IMG/VR virus record: IMGVR_UViG_3300045988_101018
Span: 32,001-96,000 of that record
Source: a virus
Reading direction: 5' to 3' (one strand)
Length of the DNA: 64,000 nt
The notes under the pieces were generated by a model. That model saw nothing but the letters and a program-made list of their open reading frames with translations, did no database searches and had not been told where the DNA came from. A program made the position numbers and the translations under genes. Below are positions 37,441-46,607 of the stretch, piece after piece. The first letter of the stretch is position 1. Every line of letters begins with the position of its first letter.

Positions 37441-38172
37441 CTACTCCTCCTCGCCTGTAATCAATTCTGAATATGGAAGTGTTTTGATCCAGTCGCACAA
37501 CGTATGCCACTCATTAAGCTTATGGTTCTTGCGAGACTTATACATGTTCGCAAGAACCTCATAATTCAGCATGACAGTGCGCTTCTGATTATACGAGCTA
37601 GGTAGAAGCTGAATCATTTGCCACCAATATTTTTTATCTTTCGTCTCAAGATAGGCGCTTCGATATTTGTTCAAGCCTTCAATGGTTAATTCGAGAAGAT
37701 CTTTTGGCCAGATGGTAGTAGCATATTTAAAATATGTGTAGTGTTCATCATCCGCATAGGGCTCGGCGACAAGCCTATCATTATCCGAGTCTTGGTCTGG
37801 ATTCTCAGCCAAATGCTCATGACTAAAATCATCAATAGTAAACTCTTTAGCCTGAATCTTATGCATTGTGCTGCAAGAGTTTGCGACTGTGCCAACCTTG
37901 TAAGTATCGAATTCCTTCCACCAGTATAGCGGAGCTGTGATATCGCAATACACAGTAATCATACGAAGATACTTACGATGGTCTGTGCCAGCATTGCGAA
38001 GGCGCTTCATAAGATTCAAATCGTTATTGCCGACTTCAAATACGCCCTTATATGAATCTCCACCATAATACTTATATTCGCTGTCGCTCTTAGCCCAAGA
38101 GTTCATTGGGTTGCGCATACCACGAATAGCGGGTTCCAATCCACATATCTCGGTCTTTTCAATTTTCAGCAT
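37441..38172 (-). CDS. ThyX-like (flavin-dependent thymidylate synthase fold) protein, divergent and lacking the R-H-R signature
   Basis: Length and spacing of hydrophobic and Pro positions (ITVYCDITAPLYWWKEFDTYKVGTV versus ThyX [24 protein letters not shown]) parallel ThyX, but R-H-R is replaced by T-Y-K. Nucleotide-metabolism neighbourhood. Confidence 0.35.
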   Translation of the reverse strand: MLKIEKTEICGLEPAIRGMRNPMNSWAKSDSEYKYYGGDSYKGVFEVGNNDLNLMKRLRNAGTDHRKYLRMITVYCDITAPLYWWKEFDTYKVGTVANSCSTMHKIQAKEFTIDDFSHEHLAENPDQDSDNDRLVAEPYADDEHYTYFKYATTIWPKDLLELTIEGLNKYRSAYLETKDKKYWWQMIQLLPSSYNQKRTVMLNYEVLANMYKSRKNHKLNEWHTLCDWIKTLPYSELITGEEE

Positions 38173-38252
38173 ATATCCTCCTAGAACTTTATATGAAGTG
38201 CCAAAAGACTAATATCTTTATATGTCTTTTGGCACTATTATAACATATGTAT

Positions 38253-38939
38253 TTATTTGTTTAGATAAGAATCAATGGCAATCTCTAAGAACTTTAGGTA
38301 GTCTTCCCAAAGACCACGCTTATAGATATAGCCCTTGACATCGCGTGTAAGACACAAAGACTTCATATCTTGCCTGTAGTCAAACAACTTGCGCTTACCC
38401 TTCGGCCTTAGTTTCTTCGCTAGAACTTCATTGAGAAATCTATCATTAAACTTCTTAATGACGATATAGTTGTCTAGCTTTGAAACTAGACTTTTATAAC
38501 GAGCAAGCTCATTTTCGGGTATATCTACCTGCGCTTTTGGTAGGTTCTTTGACGAGAATGGGCTAGTTTTCGCACCACTAGTCTTAGGCTTCATTAAAGA
38601 AGCAACTTGATCCATATCAGAAGCGTTAAACTTAAATACTACCTCTCCATCTGATTCATCACAGTCAAAAACATTTACGCCATTTTTCTTGAGGGCTTTA
38701 ACTACGTTATGACCACGTTGAACAGATGGAATATAAGCAATAAGCTTAGACCTACCATAATGCCAAATTCTTGAATTGTAATAGCATGGAATATACACAT
38801 TATCCTCGTCAATCTTACCATTACAATCACGACAGAAATCATTTGTTGCATTATTGATAACAGGTAAAATACGATATACAGATTTATAATGATTAACTAA
38901 ATAACCACTCATTAAACCACCCCCCCTACAGATAATCAC
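38253..38939 (-). CDS. hypothetical protein (start uncertain; probably Met at ~38912)
   Basis: ORF only. Basic C-terminal half. Confidence 0.4.
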   Translation of the reverse strand: MIICRGGGLMSGYLVNHYKSVYRILPVINNATNDFCRDCNGKIDEDNVYIPCYYNSRIWHYGRSKLIAYIPSVQRGHNVVKALKKNGVNVFDCDESDGEVVFKFNASDMDQVASLMKPKTSGAKTSPFSSKNLPKAQVDIPENELARYKSLVSKLDNYIVIKKFNDRFLNEVLAKKLRPKGKRKLFDYRQDMKSLCLTRDVKGYIYKRGLWEDYLKFLEIAIDSYLNK

Positions 38940-39468
38940 CGATAGACCATCCGCTTAATACACCGTTGCCAATAAGATACATCATAAACATATCCACAGA
39001 TTCTTTAACCTCAATAGCAGGTGCAAACTTTGGATTACGCTCAAGCATACTCTGATAATCATATGGCTGAAGAAACTCTTCGTCCAATACGTCAATTTTT
39101 AAATCTTCTGGCTTATCTTTTGGAATTGTGACATTGAATGTTATTGTCGGATATTTATGTACATGCTTGCATAGATACCATGATGAAGCACCTAAATCAT
39201 AAAACCCGAGTCTATTCATTTCATCATCGGAGAGAATATGCGCTTTTACATTTGCATTCAATCCATTTTTATTAATAGGTACTTTGCGAAACATACAACG
39301 CGCCTTTCCAATTGGGCGAAAGCATTCACATGCGTTTAAGTCTTTATCAATATCATCATACTTGACTTCACAAGGAATCGCCCAGTCATTCCAACCAAGA
39401 TAGTGCTTGCATACATCACATGTATACTTACTTTGCATCTGTTGACCCCAGACCACCATTGCGCACAT
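38926..39468 (-). CDS. hypothetical Cys-rich protein
   Basis: ORF only. C-D-V-C ... C-E-C near the N-terminus. Confidence 0.4.
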   Translation of the reverse strand: MCAMVVWGQQMQSKYTCDVCKHYLGWNDWAIPCEVKYDDIDKDLNACECFRPIGKARCMFRKVPINKNGLNANVKAHILSDDEMNRLGFYDLGASSWYLCKHVHKYPTITFNVTIPKDKPEDLKIDVLDEEFLQPYDYQSMLERNPKFAPAIEVKESVDMFMMYLIGNGVLSGWSIGDYL

Positions 39469-39994
39469 CGCTGGTGTTATCGTCTAGGGTAATACCAAAT
39501 GGAAGGAAAACGCCCTGACAGAAAGCATCTCCCTTGTTAATACGAATCTCCTTGGCTAGACAACTGTTATTTGTCAACTTTACAAAAATATTGCCTTCAT
39601 TATCAGAGTCAAAGTAATCGCCATCAATAATAGATACAGTGTTTGCCATTGACAAACCGTATTTGAAACCAAGTCCACTACGCGGGAATCCCATCAGAAC
39701 CCAGCCATCATACATCTCACAGCGAATACCAGTCGGAATCTTAATGGAGTCGTTAGGCTCAAGAACAAAGCTCATTGGAGAAAAGAAATCATAACCTGCA
39801 CTCTGAGCTGTGGCACGCTTAGGGAGCTTGATACCATTATAGATATTGCGAAGATGCTTCTCAAGCTTATCGTTATCAGTCTCGTCCTTTAGGGCATCGA
39901 AGGTATCAAGCCAATCATCGTGGAACTGATTGTAGGATACCTTAGAGAACTCAGCCATACGCTTCATATAAATCACCTTTCTTTGTTGTCGCAT
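39428..39994 (-). CDS. dut: dUTP diphosphatase (trimeric dUTPase)
   Basis: Motifs AGYDF, PRSGLG, IIDGDYFDSDNEG and a C-terminal GVFLPFG. Confidence 0.7.
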   Translation of the reverse strand: MRQQRKVIYMKRMAEFSKVSYNQFHDDWLDTFDALKDETDNDKLEKHLRNIYNGIKLPKRATAQSAGYDFFSPMSFVLEPNDSIKIPTGIRCEMYDGWVLMGFPRSGLGFKYGLSMANTVSIIDGDYFDSDNEGNIFVKLTNNSCLAKEIRINKGDAFCQGVFLPFGITLDDNTSDVRNGGLGSTDAK

Positions 39995-40000
39995 ATAACG

Positions 40001-40570
40001 TTAATTATTATACAGTACAATCTTATTTGTTGCTAGAGTTTTTTGAACATTTATTACACGCTGATTTGAACTTCCACACCACTTTAAAGATATGTCATTA
40101 AGCTCATCAACATATTTACCATCGACAACAACATCGCACATAGAAACAATGTTCTTTCGAGCTGTCTTAACTTTAACAGTCTTAAAAAAGTCTAATGGGT
40201 TTAAATCATTTAACATAGCTGGCTTAAAGATTTGTTCCCATGTAAATCCAGTATACAGCCAGATTTTCTTGTCTGGAAACTTGGCTTTAATGTCTTTGAT
40301 GAGAGAAAGAACATCGTATACATTTTCAGGCTCAAGCGGCTCTCCACCAAGGATGGTTACTCTGGCAACAAACGACTGCGCAACAAGCTTAAGAAACTCT
40401 TCTTTAGTCTGCTTAGTCCATTCTTTGCCACCAGTAAATCCCCATGTCTCACTGTTAAAACAGTTTTTACAATGGGCGCGGCACCCTTGTACAAAAAGAG
40501 AAACGCCGATGCCGCTGCCATTTGAAATATCCATCTTGCGAATTAATGCATACCTAATTTTAATCACCAT
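40001..40570 (-). CDS. nrdG: anaerobic ribonucleotide reductase activating protein (radical SAM)
   Basis: C-R-A-H-C-K-N-C (CxxxCxxC) close to the N-terminus, about 189 aa, next to nrdD. Confidence 0.8.
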   Translation of the reverse strand: MVIKIRYALIRKMDISNGSGIGVSLFVQGCRAHCKNCFNSETWGFTGGKEWTKQTKEEFLKLVAQSFVARVTILGGEPLEPENVYDVLSLIKDIKAKFPDKKIWLYTGFTWEQIFKPAMLNDLNPLDFFKTVKVKTARKNIVSMCDVVVDGKYVDELNDISLKWCGSSNQRVINVQKTLATNKIVLYNN

Positions 40571-40723
40571 CTTCCGCTGGCATATCGTCTACATGAAGGA
40601 CACGCTCTTTAATCTCTTGAGTGCGTCCAGCATTCCAGAAGTTACTTCCAATGTCCTTACTACCCTCGGTTTCCCGATATTTATTAGGGGAGTAGACTAT
40701 ACAATCTAATCATTACCAATACG

Positions 40724-41128
40724 TTAAAGCCCACTTATGAAACGACCAGTTTCTTCATCTCGTTTTAAATTACCAAGCGATACTGCATAGCCAACATTTT
40801 CTTTTGTGGTACACCACTCTAGATTCTCTGCCCTATTGTCATCTCTTTGGCAATTTTTATGATTAACCACATTTTTATTATCTGGATTCGGAATAAAGTA
40901 TTTCGCAACTAACCTATGAACATATAAGTCTTTGCGTTTCCCAGTTGACATCTGCCTACAACATATTCTCATATATCCATTTTTTGTTGGCCTTGGATTT
41001 ATTTCGTATAATTCTGTGGTTTTGTCGTTCCTTCTTCTATTTCCCTTACCTAAATTACAATATACCTTTCCGTCATCAGAAATAAAGTATCCATCAAAAT
41101 CTTCTATTGGCTTCATCATGCGCATCAC
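40724..41128 (-). CDS. HNH homing-type endonuclease
   Basis: VHRLVAKYFIPNPDNKNVVNHKNCQRDDNRAENLEWCTTKEN (HNH_3-like H...N...N). Inserted between nrdD and nrdG. Confidence 0.65.
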   Translation of the reverse strand: MMRMMKPIEDFDGYFISDDGKVYCNLGKGNRRRNDKTTELYEINPRPTKNGYMRICCRQMSTGKRKDLYVHRLVAKYFIPNPDNKNVVNHKNCQRDDNRAENLEWCTTKENVGYAVSLGNLKRDEETGRFISGL

Positions 41129-41335
41129 CTCATTAGAGGTAATGATTAGTCGGTATTATAGTCGTTGAAGGTTTCTCCTATTTAGGAGACTTCCCTGCGT
41201 TTGATTACCCAATTCTTAACGATGTTACCATACCAAGTCCGTTACTACTCGCCGCAATTATATTACTATAATTGTTTGGTTGTTAAGACTCTAAGGGCTT
41301 CCCCGCAATTTAACCGATTTAACGTGGACTACATT

Positions 41336-43525
41336 TTACTTCAATCCACATGTTCTGCGTGCCACGCTCATTTTATCATGGTCGCGGTTGCCACAGTTGG
41401 GGCATTCCCAAACAAGCTCGCCAGTATCCTTATCCTCTACAATAAGGATCTCCTTGTCCCAACCGCACACCATACAATAATCGCTCTTTGTATTCAGCTC
41501 AGCATACATAATATTGTCATAGATAAACTGAATAATCTGAATCACTGCATCGATATTGTTTGTTAGATTTGGCACCTCAACATAGCTAATGGCACCGCCC
41601 TGAGAAAGCTTCTGGAACTTAGACTCGATAGCAAGCTTGCTAAACGCATCGATGTGTTCAGTAACATTAACATGATAAGAGTTGGTAATATAATCCTTAT
41701 CAGTGATACCCTCGATTACACCAAAGCGCTTCTTTAAACACTTTGCAAATTTGTATGTGGTAGATTCAATTGGGCTACCGTATGGACTGTAATCAATGTT
41801 CTCTGCTTCCTTCCATTGATTGCACTTATCGGTAAGAGCCTGCATTACCTCAAGTCCAAACTTCTCACCAATATCACCATCTGTATGGCTATGACCAGTC
41901 ATATACTTTACACACTCATAAAGCCCAGCGTATCCAAGTGAAATTGTTGAATATCCATTGTAAAGAAGCTTGTCAATCTTTTCACCCTTGTCCAAGCGAG
42001 CAAAAGCGCCATGCTGCCAAAGGATAGGTGCTACATCAGATGGAGTACCCATGAGCCTATTATGACGTGCCTGTAGCGCCTTGTGACAAAGTTCAGTGCG
42101 CTCATCAAAAAGCTTCCAGAACTTATCAAAGTCGCCGCCAGACGATAGTGCAACATCAGGAAGGTTGATTGTCACAACACCTTGATTTAGGCGACCATAA
42201 TACTTCGGCTTGCCATCATAGTTCTTAGCCTTTGCAATGTTATCATATCCATTACCACTACGGTCTGGGGTAAGGAACGAGCGGCACCCCATACAAGGAT
42301 AACAATCCCCATTTCCAACCTCTTCGCCCTTAGATAGCTTATATTCCTTCATCTTCTTTTCAGAAATATAATCAGGCACCATACGCTTTGCGGTACACTT
42401 GGCAGCAAGCTTAGTGAGATAGAAATACTTATCGCCCTCATGGATATTATCATCCTCAAGGACATAAAGCAGCTTCGGGAATGCAGGCGTTACCCATACG
42501 CCCTTCTCATTCTTAACGCCCTGAATGCGCTGATTAAGAACCTCTTCAATAACTAGAGCAAGGTCGTTCTTAGTTTGCTCATCTTTTGCTTCGTTAAGAT
42601 ACATGTTCACAGAAAGGAATGGAGCCTGTCCATTGGTTGTCATAAGTGTTACAACTTGATACTGAATAGTCTGAACGCCGCGCTTAATCTCGTCCTTCAC
42701 CATAGACTCGACAATATCATTGTAATTGGCAATCTCGTCATCTGTCTTAGGCTCATGTCCGACAAACTCAACATATGTATCCATCGCCTGCTTCTTAATC
42801 TTCTGTCGACTCACGTCAACAAAAGGAGCAAGATGTGTAAGGCTAATTGTCTGTCCACCATACTGACTTGATGCAACCTGAGCAATAATCTGAGTGGCGA
42901 TATTGCAAGCGGTGGCAAAGCTATGCGGCTTCTCAATCATAACATTAGAGATAACAGTGCCATTCTGAAGCATGTCTTCTAGGTTAATTAGGCAGCAATT
43001 ACTGAGAGCATTCTGCCCAAAATAATCAATGTCATGAAAATGAATGATGCCAGCTTCATGAGCTTCAACAACATCCTCTGGTAGCAAAAAGCGCTTGGAG
43101 ATATCTTCACTTACAACGCCAGCCATATAATCTCGTTGAGTGGTGACAAGACTGGCATTCTTATTTGAGTTTTCGTTATTCCAATAATCGCTGTCTCCGC
43201 TTAGCAGCTCCATAATTGTTTCATCTGTTGTATTGACCTCACGAATAATCTTACGCTTATAACGGTACTCAACGTAATGAGAAGCCACATCTTTGCGCGA
43301 GGTTGACATAAGCTTGTTCACAACCATGTCTTGAATATCCTCAACGGACATTTTCTCTTTCTTGATATTTGCGATTTCATTTGAAATCTTATTTGCAATT
43401 TTATTTGCGTCCTCGGTAACATCGCCATCGACTTCAATAAATGCTTTCTTAATAGCGTTTGAAATCTTGTTCTTGTCAAAAGCGTCTTCTCGTCCATTTC
43501 TCTTAATAACAAACATCATACGCAT
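41336..43525 (-). CDS. nrdD: anaerobic ribonucleoside-triphosphate reductase
   Basis: N-terminal ATP-cone (VIKRNGREDAFDKNKISNAI). C-terminal Zn ribbon C-M-V-C...C-P-N-C and a glycyl-radical motif ARRTCGL at the extreme C-terminus. Confidence 0.8.
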   Translation of the reverse strand: MRMMFVIKRNGREDAFDKNKISNAIKKAFIEVDGDVTEDANKIANKISNEIANIKKEKMSVEDIQDMVVNKLMSTSRKDVASHYVEYRYKRKIIREVNTTDETIMELLSGDSDYWNNENSNKNASLVTTQRDYMAGVVSEDISKRFLLPEDVVEAHEAGIIHFHDIDYFGQNALSNCCLINLEDMLQNGTVISNVMIEKPHSFATACNIATQIIAQVASSQYGGQTISLTHLAPFVDVSRQKIKKQAMDTYVEFVGHEPKTDDEIANYNDIVESMVKDEIKRGVQTIQYQVVTLMTTNGQAPFLSVNMYLNEAKDEQTKNDLALVIEEVLNQRIQGVKNEKGVWVTPAFPKLLYVLEDDNIHEGDKYFYLTKLAAKCTAKRMVPDYISEKKMKEYKLSKGEEVGNGDCYPCMGCRSFLTPDRSGNGYDNIAKAKNYDGKPKYYGRLNQGVVTINLPDVALSSGGDFDKFWKLFDERTELCHKALQARHNRLMGTPSDVAPILWQHGAFARLDKGEKIDKLLYNGYSTISLGYAGLYECVKYMTGHSHTDGDIGEKFGLEVMQALTDKCNQWKEAENIDYSPYGSPIESTTYKFAKCLKKRFGVIEGITDKDYITNSYHVNVTEHIDAFSKLAIESKFQKLSQGGAISYVEVPNLTNNIDAVIQIIQFIYDNIMYAELNTKSDYCMVCGWDKEILIVEDKDTGELVWECPNCGNRDHDKMSVARRTCGLK

Positions 43526-43610
43526 TACCTCCTAATTAAAGCATATAACTTTATTTGATACAATTAAATATTATACAGCATTTAGCCACTAATATACATA
43601 AGAATATAAA

Positions 43611-44315
43611 TTAATATTCAAAAATATTTCTGTTGTATACCTTGATAGTTTTAATGGGACTGTCCCAATCTTTTAAACAGTAAGACATGTCACCGTGGAA
43701 CTTAATATCCTCATTCAGCGCATCTGAATCAACGATAAATTCACTCATACATCCATTGTGCTTTGTGATGATATTATCTGAATCGGTATCTACATCAGCC
43801 TTTTGATCTCCCAAAATACACGGGATAACAGTACCATTTTCAAGTATAATATCAAAATACTGACCAACATCAGATGTAAAATATGTACCGATAGCCACGA
43901 TATATCTGCTATCAGCCATCCTAATACCGTATTCGCCAGTCTCAGCATAATGCTGTTGTAGCCTGTACTGTTTAGAATCGGTATTAGTTATCGTTCTATA
44001 ATCCATAAAAGATTTAAATCCACTATTCTTAGGAGCATCATAAGTCTCGTAGCTTACATATTTTGCAGTTAAATCAGCGTATTCATCATCAGACTCTTCT
44101 GCTTTCTCTTTGTCTTTAATAATTACAACACTTGTATCATCGCTATCCTTGCCATCATTGTCACTATGAACTGGTTGAAATACGAAGTACAAAATACTAA
44201 ATAAAAGAACCGCAAATATACTCAACATACCAATAGACACTAGAATATCTTTATTCTTCAATCCAATCACCTCTTTGCATATAACATTAGGAGTTTGCAG
44301 TATGTATAATACCAC
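43611..44315 (-). CDS. hypothetical membrane-anchored protein
   Basis: N-terminal TM (ILVSIGMLSIFAVLLFSILYFVF). Confidence 0.4.
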   Translation of the reverse strand: MVLYILQTPNVICKEVIGLKNKDILVSIGMLSIFAVLLFSILYFVFQPVHSDNDGKDSDDTSVVIIKDKEKAEESDDEYADLTAKYVSYETYDAPKNSGFKSFMDYRTITNTDSKQYRLQQHYAETGEYGIRMADSRYIVAIGTYFTSDVGQYFDIILENGTVIPCILGDQKADVDTDSDNIITKHNGCMSEFIVDSDALNEDIKFHGDMSYCLKDWDSPIKTIKVYNRNIFEY

Positions 44316-44330
44316 AAACTCCTATTAATA

Positions 44331-46607
44331 TTATGCAGATTTTGTGTCACATAGACGCAACATTTTCTGCATAAACGTTCGCCTTGACAAGTTGGCCTTC
44401 TTTTTAACTGCAATATTAACAGCATCTACGGAGCCTAAATGATAACAACGAGACGTTGTACGTGTTAAAGCTACATATACCAAGTTGCTGTTGAGCATGA
44501 AGATATCGCTCTTAGAAGTACATACGATTACATTCTTAATGCCAGAACCCTGTGACTTGTGTATTGTCGAAGCATAACCGAGTCCAACCGTTGTCATAAC
44601 TTCTTTCCCGTATTTAACAATGGTGCCATCGAAATCAAGAACAACATACGAGGGACATGCGTATAAAATCTTTGCAGTCTCTCCATTTGCAATAAATGCA
44701 GTCTCATATTCTTCACCATCGACACTCTCTTTGCCGTTCTCGTCACATATTACGGCTTTATAGTTGTTTTGTTTTTGCATAACTATGTCATCGTCATAAT
44801 ATAATACATCTCCGACCTTCATGCAGCGCTTAGATCCGAAATTTTTATTAACTTCTTTTTGAACCATATTATTAAGCGTATTTACACCACATTCACCTAC
44901 ATTTTTTGCGGTAATGATTTGAATATCTTCAATGCGCTCGCCGCTGTTTAACAACTTCTTGTATAATGCAACTGCGTTTTTTGGTATATCTTCTTTCGCA
45001 AGGTCAATAAACATATAGTCCTTATTTGCACCAAACCATGTTGCCTTATTCTTCATATCTTTATTAAGATATTGTTTGCAGAATCGTACATCTGTCGCAA
45101 CAGTTGATACACCTCCTTCACCGTAACGAAATACTTTGGTCAATGTCGTTGTTGGGATAACTTTGCTCTGCATGAAATCATGAAACAAATTGCCGCAACC
45201 GACAGAAGGTAGCTGTGCGCTATCTCCAATGAGCAACAATTTCGTACATCCAAAATCTATTGCATCGATAAGATGCGTAAACAAATTAACACTCACCATA
45301 GAGCACTCGTCTACTACGATAACATCATAATCAAGCTTATTATTTTTATTATAAGTCCAGCCGCTTCGTGGATTATACCCACACATCCTATGAATTGTAG
45401 AAGCTTTTCGTCTTGTGAATTCCGAAAGCACCTTTGAAGCTTTCCCCGTAGGTGCGCAGAGCGCATATCTTTTCCCCCCATCATCTAACATGTTGATAAC
45501 GGCCTGCATAGATGATGACTTGCCTGTTCCTGCCGCACCATTAAGAATGCTAATGTTATATTTACATAAATTCTCTACAGTGTGCATCTGTTCGTCAGAA
45601 AGCTCAAATTCTCCAATTCTGCGATATCTATCTGTATCAAAATCCCAAACGTTGTTGTCGTTATAAACATTATTTGCAATCGTTTCGGCAATGTACAATT
45701 CCTTATTGTATGTTGATGCAATGGCTGCATTCATTGTAAATTTATCATAATAAATATTGCTATTTTGAATCGCTTCGACAAAATGATTTGCACAAGCTGG
45801 AACCATTGAGCAGCACTGTTCTCGAAGATCGGCAAGGTTCATCCTTGTATTACCTTCATCTTCATTCTCTTTAAGTAAATATACAATACAAGCTAAGCAT
45901 CTATCTTTGCTAGTTTTCACATCATGCCCAAAATCAACAGCGCCTTCTTTTTGTAGATTAAGAATAATAGAGTCAGCTGTTTTAAAACCTACACCGCTAA
46001 TCATAGTAAGCATAGCATACGGTTCTTCTCTAAGGCGTTCTCTCAAAACATTTATATCGCAATAAGTATTATAGATTTTTTTAACCATACTAAGTGAAAT
46101 AGTGCCTTTAAATTCATCTACAATATCGACAAGCTTAAAATTTTCGATAATCTTATTCTTGATTTTCTCAAACGTCTTATCGCCTATGCCTTTAAGCTTA
46201 CTAATGTCCACCACATCGTCTTTGCCCTGCATTACAAGGTCAAGAATGTTAGGATAGTTTGCGTAAAGAGTTTCAGCCTGATTATGAGTAAGCACCTCTT
46301 CTAGAAACGCCTTTGTGCCAGTAGCGCTAGTTGGCATGTCTCTATGAACATTAATTGCGCGATAGCTAACGCTATACTTAGTTTGTTCCTCTGTAGCAAC
46401 AATATCATATTCAAGATTTATAGTAAGGTCAGATAAATCTCCAATGAGGGAAACGTTATTGAATTTATTGTGTTTGATGTTTGGATACTTTTCTTTGTCC
46501 ACATCAAGTGCATAAGTTTTGAAATTAGGAGAAGAGTAGACACATTTAACAACAGTGCCTTTGAACTCTACCTGATTGTTATCCATTGTGTCTACCCTTT
46601 CATACAT
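44331..46607 (-). CDS. RecD/Dda-like SF1 DNA helicase
   Basis: Walker A LNGAAGTGKSSS, Walker B VIVVDECSMV, and motif YASTIHKSQGS. Confidence 0.75.
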   Translation of the reverse strand: MYERVDTMDNNQVEFKGTVVKCVYSSPNFKTYALDVDKEKYPNIKHNKFNNVSLIGDLSDLTINLEYDIVATEEQTKYSVSYRAINVHRDMPTSATGTKAFLEEVLTHNQAETLYANYPNILDLVMQGKDDVVDISKLKGIGDKTFEKIKNKIIENFKLVDIVDEFKGTISLSMVKKIYNTYCDINVLRERLREEPYAMLTMISGVGFKTADSIILNLQKEGAVDFGHDVKTSKDRCLACIVYLLKENEDEGNTRMNLADLREQCCSMVPACANHFVEAIQNSNIYYDKFTMNAAIASTYNKELYIAETIANNVYNDNNVWDFDTDRYRRIGEFELSDEQMHTVENLCKYNISILNGAAGTGKSSSMQAVINMLDDGGKRYALCAPTGKASKVLSEFTRRKASTIHRMCGYNPRSGWTYNKNNKLDYDVIVVDECSMVSVNLFTHLIDAIDFGCTKLLLIGDSAQLPSVGCGNLFHDFMQSKVIPTTTLTKVFRYGEGGVSTVATDVRFCKQYLNKDMKNKATWFGANKDYMFIDLAKEDIPKNAVALYKKLLNSGERIEDIQIITAKNVGECGVNTLNNMVQKEVNKNFGSKRCMKVGDVLYYDDDIVMQKQNNYKAVICDENGKESVDGEEYETAFIANGETAKILYACPSYVVLDFDGTIVKYGKEVMTTVGLGYASTIHKSQGSGIKNVIVCTSKSDIFMLNSNLVYVALTRTTSRCYHLGSVDAVNIAVKKKANLSRRTFMQKMLRLCDTKSA

